A DNA stretch of 64,000 bases from Thalia democratica (taxonomy: Eukaryota), in the NCBI GenBank assembly GCA_965202585.1, contig OZ241827.1, positions 45,694,001 to 45,758,000 of the forward strand. Reading direction: 5' to 3'. Below, in pieces: positions 1 to 14,415 of this stretch. The stretch's first letter is position 1, and each line of letters starts with the position of its first letter. The position numbers and the translations under genes were made by a program. Below the pieces are notes generated by a model. That model was not told the DNA's origin and searched no databases. It saw nothing but the letters and a program-made list of their open reading frames with translations.

Positions 1-293
1 GAACACTTATTTATGAACTTATTTTTAATCCTAAATACTTGTAGTTCTGTAAAGCTCTTTATTATCTATTGCTTGTTTTTTTATATCCAACAGGTTTTGT
101 GATTTAGTAATAAAGTGGTTGTATAGAAATAAAGTTAACTTTATCTTTTCTTTCTTCTTTTAAAATTTACGTAAACTTGCGTTTTTTTCAATTAAAATAC
201 CTTATTGCTTATTAATTGTTTAGCTGAAAAAGTTAAAAGCTAATCATACAAAAATTGTTTCTTACATTTTATCTTTTAAAATACTTTGTACAG

Positions 294-3200
294 AAAGACA
301 GCTTCAGTTTATACGCACTGTACAGTAAAAACAAACCACAATCGGACTTGTTGCTAGCTGAGCATGGTAATGAGTTTTTTAAATCAAAACAAATTGAACT
401 GGGTGACAAAATGAATCTTGCTTCATACCTGCTCAAACCAGTTCAACGAATGGGTTAGGTTCAAATTTGAACACTTTTATCTTTTTGATTTTTTAACATA
501 CTGCATGTACGTAATAATAAATTTTTACAGTCTTTTTTCTTAAAAAGAACCATATACAAGTTATTTTTTTTTAACAGCAAGTATTTAGTTTCAGTTTAAA
601 GCTCAAACTTTGAGTCTAAATACATAAACAAAGTATTACGATCTACCTATCTCAAACAATTTATTCTTTTACATTTTTTGCCACTAATAAAGAAAAGCTT
701 AATTAAGATTTAGTTTATAACTTTGTATAACTTTTGTTTTTTTATAACTTCAATCTTTGTTCTAAGCTATTAATAACAACTTAACATTGTTTTGTCTACA
801 TGGATTACTAAAAAAAGTACTAATTAATTTTTAACAAAAAGTTTTGATCAATAAATACTTGGACCATAAGATCACAACCTTTTTGTAAACTGATACCAAT
901 TTGTGTTCTTATTGTAACTTACTTATCAGTCGTAACTGAAGAAACTTGTGTAAACGATTTACAAAAACTATCTATTTTTTACTATGAAGCTACCGTTTGT
1001 TGCTATGATAAGCAACATCATCTTGTCTAATCACTGTTCAACGTATAACACATTGTCCACTAGTAGGATTGCCGTATGCTCGATTGTATGTCATGAGACA
1101 ATACTCAAAGTTCACTTGTAATATTTATTTTAATCAATTATGACTTGTTGTTAAAACAAACTTTTAGCATTGTCTTTAGCAAATAAAAGTCCTGAAATAT
1201 AAGTTTCTGCTGTGAAGACTAATGACAAATTTCTCTTGATTTTATCACCAATTGGCATGCAGCAGCTGTTTTGTGAGCGGACAATGTGTTATACGATGCA
1301 CGGTAATCTAACATAATGATGTCATTTATCATACCTGAAATCAGTATCTTACCAGTAAAATACAAAAACTTTTATGGTATACAATTTTATTCGGCCCAGA
1401 AATTTACAGCTGCTTTTTCTTAAACGATGATAAGGTATATACATAAAATTTATTTTTAGCAAAATACGCATTGTTGCTTCATCGTATGGCAAAGCGTTCT
1501 CATGGTGACACTGAAAAATACCTCAAGGAAGCAGAAAGTTTAGTGAAATTTCAGCTGAGGCACGGCAACGATCTGCTGACGATGGACTCCATTCGCGGTT
1601 GTGATGTTAATTTAAAAGAACAAGGAAATTTATTGCGACAAGTTCGTACTGAGTAGTCTTTATTTATAAAAAAAATTGATCTTTTTTTTTTAATGAATAA
1701 GCTTTGAAGAATTATTATCCTATCTTTTTTAAAGGAACTTTGTAAAATCTTTTAAGTAGAATTATTTTTGAGTCGTTTTTTTTTTTTACTGCATAAAAAG
1801 ACTTACAACTTTAGTTTAACATTTAGTTAATTTAAGGAGAAAATATAGGGGTTCAGTTTTAGATTTTAAACTTCCTTTTAATTTTTTTGGGTCTTAATTC
1901 TAAATAGGTTTAACAGATTCTCGCTTTTTAAAACTATTTTAATGAAAGTTAGATAAACTTATTGTTTTTAAAATTATAAAATACTGTGTTATCCAAATTA
2001 AAATAATATAGAACATGCCTTTAAATCAGTGGTCGTCAAAGTGTGCACCTGTGACACTAGTGCGCATATAATTTTTTTACTTTGCACAAAAAAAATAGTG
2101 AGCTTAAAAAAATTTTTTAGATGACGCTTGTTTTGTCTATTTCTATGGGAAAAGTATAACTATAACATAAAGCAACAGTTTTTAAACCGTTATTTATATA
2201 CTAAGGCACTCAAAACATAAAAAAAATAGTATTCTTTAATAATAATAATAACATACTTTTTATAGTCTAGTATGCACAGAATTTATTTCCTAGTAATTTA
2301 GTGTGCACAGCTTTTGAAAAGGTTGAAGACCACTGCTTTAACTAATAACATAGTAGTTGTTTTTAAATAAAATGTTTTTAAATAAAATGTTTTAATCTAT
2401 CGATAAAGTTTTTGAGATAAATAATTTATGTTGTTTAGGATTTTTTAACTGAAGTAAAGTAACTGAACACTATCTGACCAAACAAACATGTATTAATCAA
2501 TTTTTGTTATACCTATTCATAGTTTAATTCAACATCAGTTGGTACTTTCAAATTTTTTGTTCATATCAAAAAGATTAACTTTTTCGAACCAAGTTTTTAA
2601 CTTCCGCTCTATAACTTTATCCGCACAACGTTTTCCGTTGTTTAGTTGCAATTAAATTTTTAAATAACATCACAAAAAAAAGTTTATCAGTATAGCTGCT
2701 CTTAATGCAAAATTTAACTAAAAGACCGCTTTTGGTTTAGTTGATAACTAACAATTTTTTTTGCAGGAACAATTTACAATTTACTCTGGTAGAAAGAAAA
2801 TAGTTAGAAGGGTTTTCTTGTTTGAGGATTTAATTTTGTTTTCAAAACCAGTAAGCGTCAGCGGAGGTCATGATATTTACCATTACAAGTGTAGCTACAA
2901 AGTTAGTAGTTGTGTCTAAAATGTATTTTCAAATAATTTTAATAATTTTATGTTCCAACTATTTTAATTTTTTTGAATAAATTATTTTTTTAAATATAGT
3001 TTAAATTATAGTGTAGACTTGTTACAAGCTACCAACTATATTTTTATAAAAGATTTTGGTTTTTATTTAGTGATTGTTCTGTTCAATGATATCAATTATT
3101 CATATAATTAACCCAACTTACATATTCTTAAATTTATCAAAAATACATTATTTAAAAATACTAATATAAAAACTAAAATTTTGATACAAACTTTACCTTT

Positions 3201-5745
3201 TTTTTTAACTATTTAAATAAAAAACCTTTGCATTTCAACAAATATGTATTATCAAATTTTAATGACTTATTTAACAAAAAATTATATTTTGTTCTTTATA
3301 AAACTGCACTTAATAACTTTAAAGAAACACAGTTTAACTACAAAGATTGACTGTTCAATATAAACTCGTTTGTAGCTAAACCGCAGTAAAAAGTTTCTGT
3401 AAAAGACTAGTTGTTTTTTTGTTTTGATGTACAAGGTAGAGTTTTACAGAATTGATGTTTAGTTAATCAACCAACAAAGTTAAAAGCTTTTTACTAGCTT
3501 AACTTTTTTTTTAACAAACACAGAAATCATAAATTTTGTATTGTTAAACGCCAGTTATACTTTCATACATAACAATTATATATAAATTTTCTGTTAAAAC
3601 TTTAATACAAATAATTTTTAATTTCGTTTAAAAGAACTTGAAAATTTAGCTTTTTTTGATCTTAGTGTCTTAGTTTTAGTTTTAAAGTTTAATTTTTGTT
3701 TATAAGTAACACTAATAAACAACATAGTATTGTTCGTTAATACAAAAAAAGTAATATTAAACTTTCGCAATCTAACTTTTATGTTTTTTTTTGTAGACAG
3801 CAGAAATAGGAATGACGGAAAATATTGGAGACTCAGGAAACAAGTTTGAAATTTGGTTTCGTCGACGAAAATCAAGAGCTACCCAAGCCACTTTTGTTCT
3901 TCATAGCAACAGCAGAGCTATAAAAAGTCAGTGGGTGCAAGAAATTAGAAGTTTACTATGGAAGCAAGCACTTAGAAACAAAGGTTAGTTAAACTTAGTT
4001 CTTTATTTTTATATTTGTTATTTGTTCTTAGTGTTCAGTCAAAATTTATCAAAATTTTAAAATTAATGTGAATATTTATATTTTTGTTTAATTCTATGTT
4101 TTGATGTTTAAACATTTTTATTGTTTAAATCTATTTTAAAAGTTTTAAATCGTTACCGGCTAAAAAAAATAACTAATATATTTATAAAGTTGTTACGCTT
4201 TAAATCAGCATTCGAATTCGTAGAACAATAGCGAGAATGTAAAAATAGAGAAAAGTTTGTTTTTACAAACGCTTTTCATCACGCTGTTGAGTATTCAATG
4301 GGTACTAAGTTTTTATAGTAGAGCTATTTTTATATATGCTCAACGGTATAACATCTCTAACGATTTTCTCTATATTTTTTCATGCGCAGATTACCGCAAA
4401 GTCGAAATGTCTTCAATGGGAATTGGAAACAAACCGCACATGGACCTTACGCCATCTAACGGCAACTCCATCGTTGATAGGTCGGTCGTGCCGCACTCGA
4501 GCCCTTCCAACTTGTCACCAGACGTTTTGTACGAACGAGTAGCCCACTCCAGGTCTCGAGCTTCCATCGCAGTGACAAACAACATCGCCGTCAGGCCGCA
4601 TTCGATTGTATCAAACTCGTCATCGACGTCTTCGAAAGGCTCCAATCCTTCTTCGATGGTTTCGTCGCTGTCGCTCGCGTCGTGGCCCGCAAAGCGCGGT
4701 GAGTCGCGTCGCAACTACGCCACTCTGCCGAACTCTCACCATCACCTGCCGTTGGCGTATTGCGATTTTCATGCCATAGCTGAAGACGACGAAGGTATAC
4801 CAGGTTTGAAAAGATATGACTTTTTATTTTAAAAAATTAATGAAATTTTACATTTTAAATAGGTTTACTTTTAAATTTTTTTTTTGATTTTACAGAAAGC
4901 TTAGGATCCTCTTCAATGTGCACTACACCCGGACAAACTACTACCACCTTGTCGTGTACTGATGACAATACGCCAAAATCCACCCTCGATTCCTCTCCGA
5001 TGACTGCAAAGCAACACATCTATGACGTCATAGCCAGTGCCGATTACGAAAGTAATGAAGACAGACTGAATATGCAAAGTAATATTGAAAAAAGAAAAGA
5101 TCAATCCAACAATAACCTGAGTGTTATACCGTTTGAATTAGATACGGCTGATACTTGTGCAGCATCTAAAAAAGATAAAAAAAATCCAAAAAAACCTGAA
5201 GTTAAATGTTTAAAAAGTGGGTCAAAACTCGACGGACAAAAGAAAGTAAACTTTAAAGTGAAAAATGAAAAAATTGCAGTTTTGAAAAACAAACAGTCTA
5301 CGGTTAGATATTATTCGTGTTAAATAAAACGTTTTTATTCATTTTTGGGTTGCTTCAAACATTCGTTATGATATTAATTTAAATCTTTTAACCTCAAAAC
5401 GTTTTATTTTTTTAATAATTTTCTCCTGAAATTAAAAAGAAAACTATTAAAAAAATTTTTTTGATCTGCTTTATTTGAAATAAGCGCAATATAAATATTA
5501 CAACTTTTTACTCAAAATACTATTACTATAATGTTTATCAGTTTCATGCTTAACACCTCATTTTTAAAGCTTGCTTGCTTCAGGTTTCATCATTGTCACC
5601 AACAGAAACACCAAAAGAAATTCTGGCCGATAATGAGAATGTAAGAGAAAGTTCGCTCGTTTCTGAAGTTTCAGACGAAAGTATGAGTGAGCAAGTCTCA
5701 CCACAAATGACAGAAAAAAATAAAAATTTGACGACGACTGTTTGA
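294..5745 (+). CDS. PLEKHG4: PLEKHG4/puratrophin-family RhoGEF (DH-PH), 3' part; 5' exons lie upstream of the window
   Basis: Exons with GT-AG boundaries and consistent phases: 294-453, 1460-1641, 2767-2901, 3797-3983, 4390-4794, 4896-5302, 5584-5745 (stop TGA). The translation has the DH end (YLLKPVQRMAKYALLL...LRHGNDLL), a PH domain (RRVFLFEDLILFSK; FEIWFRRRK...LLWKQA) and the family motif EMSSMGIGNKPHMD. AATAAA at ~5945. The paralog assignment (PLEKHG4, 4B or ARHGEF40) is not resolved. Confidence 0.88.
2027..2335. mobile_element. Non-autonomous hAT (Charlie-type) MITE in RhoGEF intron
   Basis: TIRs CAGTGGTCGTCAA / TTGAAGACCACTG; 8-bp TSD ctttaaat / ctttaact (7/8 match). Confidence 0.85.
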
Positions 5746-6735
5746 ACGCTTGAACGTATATTTGTGATTTTATTTGAGCTATTTGTTTTTTGTTTTTCAT
5801 TTTCTAGAGTAAAAGTCTGTAGTTTTTTATGCTGTTTCTCCGCTGTTGACCCGTTTTATCAATCAATTTTTTCTGCTCTTGCTGTTAACTTTTTAGATTT
5901 TCGCTTTTGAAATTTTTTATGCCTTGAATGTACTTTTTTATATGAATAAACTTGTAAAAAATATTATTTAAATGCTAAAATAAGTTTAATACATTTTTTA
6001 AAGCTTTAGAATTATGTAATTAAGAACTACACTCAAAACTAAGTAAATAAAACACTAGCAATAAAAACTGAAATAAAATTAACCATGAAGTAAAGGATGG
6101 TTAATTGTTAGTAATTTGCTTTGATAAATATAAAAGAAACGGCTAAACAAGCATTAGTACTAGAAAATTTAAAAAAATACACCATATTTTAAGTGTAATT
6201 ACTTATATGTTACATTCCATATATAATTTAAGTTATTTTTATAGAAACAAGTGTTATATTTTAGTTATTAAAATTAAAGCTTTATAAAAAGAACATCTAT
6301 ACAATAAGTTGTTAATTTTAGCAGACTACTTTTTTAGATGTTTACTAAAAACTTGTGATTAAGGATTACTATCAATTTCTAAGGTTTTTGCGGTTTTCTT
6401 TTTTGTCTCAATATATGTTTTAATGATTAATAACAATTACTTGACAAAAATTTCTGACTCTAAAACTAGATATAAGTTGTTATTATTTAAACTGATAGTT
6501 TTAATCAAACATTTATACTTGTATAATTTTTATGTTGGATAAACACATTTAAAGTTGAAAGTATTAAATGACGAGTATTTTTTTAGTATAAAACTCTACT
6601 AAAAATAATAAATAGTTAAAGTTTTGAATGCTTTTTTTTTCAATACTTTTATATATAAAAATTTAAAACGATATTTCAAGTTTTATTATTTTTTCTATAA
6701 GTTTTCATAATTATAATTGTAATGCTGCTTAAAAG

Positions 6736-6908
6736 TGGGAACGGGTCAGAAAAGCACGGGTGACACTTTAGCTCGGTGTGACACTTTATCACGTTGTGAC
6801 ACTTGCTTAAGTGAAGCCGTGCTAAAGTTTCACTCTGTGCTAAAGTGACGCCGTGCTAAAAAGTCACCCCGTGCCAAAGTTGCGCTGTGCTTTTCTGACA
6901 TCTACCCT
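6736..6908. mobile_element. MITE, asymmetric-end family (GGGAACGGGTCA...TGACATCTACCC)
   Basis: Imperfect TIRs TGGGAACGGGTCAGAAAAGCAC / GTGCTTTTCTGACATCTACCCT with internal GCACG/CGTGC subrepeats. Relatives at 15518, 43794 and 47260. Confidence 0.75.
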
Positions 6909-7782
6909 TAAAAGTTTAGTACAAAAAAAGTATGTAGAAACTAAAAAGTTAGTTACCTAATATAAAACAATCTTGTTAATTTATTTAGATTTACTATAAA
7001 AAAAACGATTAAACCGCTTGTTTTAGTTACTATTAGATTAAAAACTAAGCACTAAAAATGTCATACAACTATAACGTATTTGGATCTTTTTGTAATACTT
7101 GAATTATTATGGCAAATTATTTTTTCTTGTATTGTAAACTAACTAACTTTTATTTAAATTGTCAAAATCTAAGAATAGAATTATAAAATGTGTGGCTTTT
7201 TGTTTTAATAATAAGATTTGAACAAAACCACTTTGTTACGGTAAAATTGACGAGTTCAAAAAATTACTTAGTATCCTATTTTTGACAAAAGAACTAAGTA
7301 ACAGATTTGATATTTTGCTTCTATTATAGTTTAGATTGTATATGAGTATATGAGTTACGATTTGTTCCTAAGAGTTTTTTTTCTTATACTAAAAATAGCT
7401 ACTAAAACTAATCTCACTTAAACTTTGGTTTAAGCCTACTAAAATTTTAAAAACTAGTACAAAAAATATAGTTGAAAAATTTATCACTTTTTACCAATTA
7501 TATCCATATCAGACCATATACTAATTAAAACCAGTAGTTAAAGCTATTGTTTAAGTAAAGAAATCATTTAAGCTACAAGATATTTATACTGATAGTACTT
7601 TAAAAATTATAAATTAAAAGTTTAATGCAACAACTATTTACCAAACTCTCAAAACACTGTTTAATTTTTATAACATATAACCTTCCTTAACACAGTGGGC
7701 CCGGTTCGCGTTTTACTTGAAATAGGAAATAAATTTTCTTACAAAAGCAATAATTTTTAAATCTTGAATGTTATTAAACTTT

Positions 7783-8562
7783 ATGGATTGCCACTCTTTG
7801 AATCAAAAAATCTATCCTGAATGACCTAAAAATGCCCTGAGTCATCCTTAATTTTTTTTAACTTAAAAAAAATAGTTTCTGGCGCAAACTACTTATAATT
7901 CGTATTTATTTTTCTTCTTAATAGTTAAAAGGAAGGTTGTGTATGTATTTTCTGCATTAGATATTCATTAAACTATTAAGAAATACTGTTTTCGAAGATT
8001 CTATGTTAAAAGTTTAAAACAATTGAGATTAAAAAACAAAAGTTATGGCTAATTTTGTGTAATCATATTAGTTAACTTTATATATAATAGAAAAAAGGTT
8101 GAATTTTTTTAAAACTTTTAAAGTACTAACTTTAACCTTACTTCATAAAGTACTCACTTGAATGCATATTTATTAACTTTAACTGTTCACTTCATTTTTA
8201 ATTAAACAGTTCACTATAAGCTCAAATCATGATAAGTACTAATTTCAGAATAAAAAAGCTAAAACGTTATTTCTGAGAATAGTGAAGAACTAGCTGCAAG
8301 GCTTTAAAACTTTAAATAAGTATTTCAAAATCAATAAAAATCATGTTCTAAAATGGTTATATAAAAAACAAAAAATTGAAACTGAATCAACTAAATCTCA
8401 TTCTAGATCTATAAAAATATATCCTAAGATTTTTTATAAAATCAAAACTGTCCTGAATCATTTTGAGTTTAAAAAAATATATATCCTGAGCTATCACGAG
8501 TCATCCTGAGATTTTCCAAAAATTAAAAATATCCTGAGTTATCCTGAGTACCCTGAGTGTTT
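7783..8562. mobile_element. Degenerate copy of the CAGGGTTGCC hAT-like MITE family
   Basis: Starts ATGGATTGCCACTCTTTGAATCAAAA and carries ATCCTGAG subrepeats like the copies at 29453, 31374 and 37004. The right terminus is eroded. Confidence 0.6.
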
Positions 8563-9938
8563 GTAAAATCTATTTTAAGGTAGTCTATGGTTGTATCTAT
8601 TGAATTTTCAAAACTATACAAATAAATCCCAAATAGAACAAAAGTTATCACACTTTAAGTAGTAGTTCTTATAATTAGTTTTTGTTCTATGCATTTTTAT
8701 ATAATAAATATGTTTGTTTTAAAAATAAAAGTAAAGCTAATTATACTCATATTTTAATTAATATCGTTTTTTAACAGCTTTTTAGATGTTATGTAGATAC
8801 TAAATATACAGTTTTAACAAAAAAGAACTCTTTTTACTAAAGTTGTTTTAATAAAATTAGAAAATTGATTCTTTATGGTGTTTTCAAAAAATAAGTAGGA
8901 ATAAATAGTTAATTGATATAAAATTAAGATGTTTGAGTTACTTTTATACATTTTATTTATTTTTTGATACCTATTGAAATTTACTCACAACTATTACATA
9001 TAATTTATATTTTTAAGTTTTAAACAAAAATTTTCTACCACACAAAATAGTTTCTTAGGATAACTTGTTCCACAAAAAGCATTGCCTTTCTTTAAGCCGA
9101 TTTTAGTCAGTGTTTTTTGATATGGTATATTAGGTGCATTTCAAAGATTAATTATAAAACATGTTTATTTTTATTTATTCGTTTTCTTTTTACATATTTT
9201 TATCAGACAATGAGATTATACTGTTATACCATTCTAACTTAGAACCCACATACACTAAGAAATTTTTTTTAATGGTACTTGTTAGTACTTGTTAATATTA
9301 AACTGATGCCGTTTTGTTTACGTAGTTAATGAATTTGTTCATTTGTTAATTTTTTTATATTGTTTTCTAAGTATTTAGAAATTTTAACAGAGGATAGCTT
9401 AGTGCTATTGATTAGAAATCAGTAAGCTTTGGTCCATTTTGAAAATATTAAGGACTTTATTTATCCCCAAGGGTAACTTAAGTACTATCTAAAGATAATT
9501 GTAAAACATTATTCTACTTACCTTTTTTTTTCTTGTCATCTGAAAACAGCCTAATGTTACTGTAAAAAACAATCTCTGTTGTTCTAACATTAACATAAAC
9601 TATAAATAGATGTTTTCGAACAACTTAACAATTTAAACAGTATTCTTTCTTTTTTATTATTATTGCAAGTTTATTGTCCATATGACCAGGCATCAAAACC
9701 CAGGCCACTTAAACAGAAAGACACTTAAGAAATAAATCTAAAATAAAAATAACACAAAAAGTTCATTGTTTTAAGCAAAGATACACTGAATGAATTGATA
9801 TTTTTGAATAACTCGACTAAACTTTATTTAGATCTTTTTTTCCCTTCATACTGTATATAAAAACTTTATATTACTTATTAAATATTTAATAAGTTGATGT
9901 TTTGTATTTAAATTTATTGTTATTAGAATGTTGTAGAG

Positions 9939-12900
9939 CAGTGGTCTTCAAGGTAATCGAAATCTGTGCTCACTAGACTACAAAAAAATATATTCGGTGT
10001 ACCCCAAGTTTAAATTTAGTTATTTTTTATGTTACATTATAGTTTGTTAAATAAACTTTATAAAAAGAAAAAAATCACGTAGTTTTTTTTTAGAAGTAAA
10101 TTGTTTTTAAAGTAATAAAAGGTCACGTTGTAACTGAAACTGCCGCTTGCAAAGATTTTCATTTTTGAAATTTGGCCCATGACTACCAAATACCTGCCGA
10201 CCTCTGAATTAGTTAGTGCATTTTTATAAGAAATAATAATCTATATTGAAAAAGTTAGTATGTACTACTGTAGAAAAAACTTGTGTAATTTAAATATAAA
10301 TTGCATAAAAATTACATGAAATAATTAATTATATAAAAAAAGTTTGCAAACTAAACTACTTATGACGTAAACCTGAGGCAGTTAGAGTCTGTTACTTTTT
10401 GTAATAATAAGTTGATTATTTAAAATTTAACTTTTTCGATTGGTCGTTGGACCAAAAAACTTCAACTTAGTCAAGAAGGATTTTTTTAAGTTCAAGAAAA
10501 GGATATGGAAAAAAAGGTAAGCATTTTGCTTTATTTAACTACATGTTTCTTTTCATACATAATTTATACATTCAATATACATTATTAGATAAAGCAAGGA
10601 GAAATTTAGCTTGTACAAAGCAAATTTTAGTCTAGCTTAGAACATTTTACTGGTTCAGACAGCTCCAATTTGAGTTTTTGTGTTTATAAAGCCTAACCCA
10701 AAATATAGATAACTTAAATTAAAGTTTAAAGTAAAATAAAAAACAGTAGGAAATATATTTACGACAAAAATAATACTTTGAATCGAATCAGCTGCTTAGT
10801 CGAGTCAGCAAAAGTTGGCAAAGTCCTAAAGGAAAAGCTTATTAATTTCGCTAGATAAAATAATGTGGAGTTAGATTTTCTAAAAACTGACATACATAGT
10901 TTAAAAGCTGACTACGCAGAAAAAAGTGAAAGGCTATAGGAAAAAATTCTAAGCTTACAAAATGATGAATCCAAAAATGATCGCATATAAGTTAATTCTT
11001 TAGAAATGAAAATAAACCTTCTGCAAAAAAGCTTAACGGACTTCAAGAGAGAATTCGTGAACAGATTCAACAGTTTTGAAGCAAAATTTAACACATATGC
11101 TGATATTGTCAAAAACAAGCCAGTTGAAGTTTTTACCGACATAAGCAGTAAACTTGATGTTGTTAAAGATAAAATATAAACTGATACCAAAGAGAAACAG
11201 ATTGAAAAGAAAAGATTGAATATCATCGTATTTAATATTCCTGAAAATAAAATTGTTCCTTTACAAAGTCAATTTGATAGTTGTAAGAAAGATTTCAAAG
11301 TCCTACGAGAAGTATTAGGTGAAAATAAAATCGAAAAACATGAACTGAAATCTTTATACCGTATAGGTAAGTTTGAAGTTAGAAAAGTTAGACCTATAAT
11401 TGTAAAACTCAATGACGCAAAAGCTAAAGAAAGACTGATTAAGCTGAGAAATCTCAAATATTTGACACATGAATTTGAAGTTAAAAAATACATAAATCCG
11501 GATGGAACCAATGAACAACTGAATTTTTTTAAGTAACTACAAAAAGAATTAAAAAGAAAACGAGCTATGGCAGAACAAAATAGTCTCAATATAAAATACG
11601 TGATAAAGAACAATAACATCATAGAAGCTACAAATCATCTTTTTCGGTATGATGCCCAGAAACTCTGGGATTAATAGGACAAACTGTAAGTCAAATCTTT
11701 TAAATTTGGTTTAAACAAGCTTCATAGTTGTAAGTTTAAACATAAAGTTTTCTTGTAATCTCTATTTTTGAAGTGTTATAAAGAAAAAAAAACTGGTGTG
11801 TAACACAAAAAAATTAAAAGTTCTAACGATTTATCAAAAATCAAAAAACGTAAATAATTTAAAGCTTGTTTACGCAAAATAAAAACAATTTGTACTATTT
11901 GACGAAAGGTTTTTAGAAAAACAAAATTAGTTTTTGCATTGCATATAGAATTCTTTTTTAATTTTTGGTCAAAAAAGATACTTTTAGGTTAAAGATGTAG
12001 AGTCGATAAACTATTTTCATCCACAATGTAGCTTTAAAAGCATCTTAACTTTATGAATGTTTAGTTTTTTACCTACTCAAGTCTTGTTTACCATTAGAAA
12101 AAATAAATTTACAAAACTGTTTCTAAATTGCAGCTACTTCAAGAATAATTTAAAGAATACGAAAACTGTGCTTTTTAGAAACAATACAAATTAAAAAAGA
12201 TATCAAAATTATTCACAAAGGAATGATGAAATCAAAATTTTGGAGAACCAAAAACAGAGGTAGTTTTTTTTTGATTTATATTATTTATTTTTATGTATTT
12301 TTTTGAAACAAGCAACTTTTTGATGATTATGTGCATGTTTTTGCTAAAGGTTAGTTTTTGGAATGCTTTGTATCTGGAATCTTTAAACTTTACTTTCAGA
12401 TCAAATTTAATTGTAGTTTTTATAAATAATAGGTTGCAAATTTTAAAAATTCAATGATCTAAAAGCTTATTCATGTTAAAATTTTGAAAAACAGCCTTAA
12501 ATTTTGACACTATACAATTGAAGTTCTACTAATTGTAAAAATGATCCAAACTTTGTAAATTTTAATTATTTTTACACAAAAACTTTATGAGTTTTGCAAC
12601 TGTTAGATATTGAATAGCTTCTAGTGGTATAATAGTTTATAAAATTATGTATGTAGGGTATATTACTAATGATAATACTTACCATTTTTGGGTGGCCCAT
12701 TAACAAAGTTTGTAATCTATTTTATAATCAAATTGTGTTACCTTTACTTCTGTTTTAACCGCATTACAAACTTTTAAAAAAGATTTAACTTCGAGTTTTT
12801 TTGTATTAGTAGAACTTTCTTTTGAATTTGTCTTTGCGAAAGTTCAAAAAAGATCATTTTAATAAAAAAAAGAATTTCATATTTTAGCAAAAGTTCGTGC

Positions 12901-12997
12901 ATCCCTAAATAAGTTTCGTGCACCCTAAAAACTTCGTTAACCCCAAAACTAATTTCGTACACTTTAGTTTGCACAGGTAATACAGTTAAGACCACTG
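9939..12997. mobile_element. 3.06-kb non-autonomous hAT element enclosing a LINE ORF1 remnant
   Basis: TIRs CAGTGGTCTTCAA / TTAAGACCACTG; 8-bp TSD ttgtagag (9931-38) / ctgtagag (12998-13005). Subterminal sequence resembles the 2027-2335 MITE. Confidence 0.7.
10860..11674 (+). pseudogene. Decayed non-LTR retrotransposon (CR1/L2-like) ORF1 protein
   Basis: One frame of ~270 codons with four premature stops. It has a coiled-coil-like N-part, TYADIVK, KRLNIIVFNIPE, LYRIGK, RPIIVKL and DGTNEQ...LQKELKRK, which are typical invertebrate LINE ORF1 motifs. No ORF2 follows. Confidence 0.72.
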
Positions 12998-14415
12998 CTG
13001 TAGAGGAGAGTGTAAGCACTGATTTTTTAATAAAAGAACAAATAAAATACATTTGAAAAGTGTTCAAGTTTTTTTTTCGTTATTTACCTACTACATATTA
13101 TCAAGTAGTAATATAATATCATGAATAGTTATAGACTTTATTAATTCAACACTACTATTTTAAAGTATTCTGTACATTGTTGAATATTTACACTCTTATA
13201 AATATATAAAACAAGTTAGATTTTTAAAATCAGTTTATACTTAGACAATGTCTTTATACATATTATGATTTCAACATATAAGTGGGTAAAATTTTTAATT
13301 GGCTAAAAATTACAAAGATACAAATAAAACTATCTTAATTTTTATTTGTTTCTTAAGATATATTTAAAAATTAAACTTCTTAACAGTTTTTTTGAGTGAA
13401 GTAGTTTTACTATCACTTTTTTAAACCAACCAAATATTTTCTTTTTTTTTTTGTATTTTTTTAACCTGAACCATTTTATTTCAAAGAAGCATTTTAACTA
13501 GTATTATTCTATAAGACTGCGTTTGTTTACTTGTAATTCCATTTTCAACTAAGTGCAAAAATATTAAGATCAGCAATTACAGAAGTAAATTTTCAGAAAG
13601 TTTATAGTAATTTTTCAGTTATAATCCAAAAATTACTTATAAAATTTGTAGACAAGATATCAAAATAGTTAATTAATGTTTACAATTCTTATTATGTATT
13701 TGAGAATAAGTTAAATAATTTTTAGCCTCTAAAAGTAACTAATTTTAAGTGATTGGCCATTTTAGTATGTTTAAAATCTAGTTAAGGATTTTTTAATATT
13801 TATTTTTAGATGTTTGCTGTCTTTTATAACTTTATTTATAAGTTGTTTGTACAAAATACATTATTATTTTTGCGACTACAAATATACGAGCGTTTTTTAA
13901 TAAATATTTATAAGATATACTAAGGCATTTAATTTTTTTTTCCAAGTGTAGGAACGTTTTATTAAAAACTGTTAAGTTTAAATGAACTTTTATTTTAAAA
14001 GTTTGCAAAGCTTCTTCTAAGACAAATAAAAACCGTACAGTTTGATATTTCAAAGCTAATTTTTTAAGATAAGCTTGAATTTCTAATGATGTTTGTTTTT
14101 TGAAAATTTATGAGATGGTACAAGAATAGTTTCTAAACTAAAACCTTTGATTTAGGAACTTAGATAAGTAACATTTTTGTTATTTTTAATCATAAGTATT
14201 CTGAAGCATATAAATCTTTATATAAAAGTTAAAATTAATACTATCTGAATAAAAATTGTCTTTTAAAATACTCAGTAAACCTGTAGACATAAGTATTATT
14301 TGTTTAATTATTAAAATAACATAATTGTTTTATACATACATTTAATACATAGAATTAGAAGAAAAAACTACATAACTCAAAAAACGTTTTGATATAAAAT
14401 CTCAATTTTCTTCCA

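Noticed and set aside
930-970. CTGAAGA...AAACG possible hammerhead
   Set aside because: No GAAA after a proper stem II and no NUH triplet aligned with helix I.
7691-7720. CACAGTG heptamer (RSS/Transib-like end)
   Set aside because: No nonamer at 12/23 spacing and no partner terminus found.
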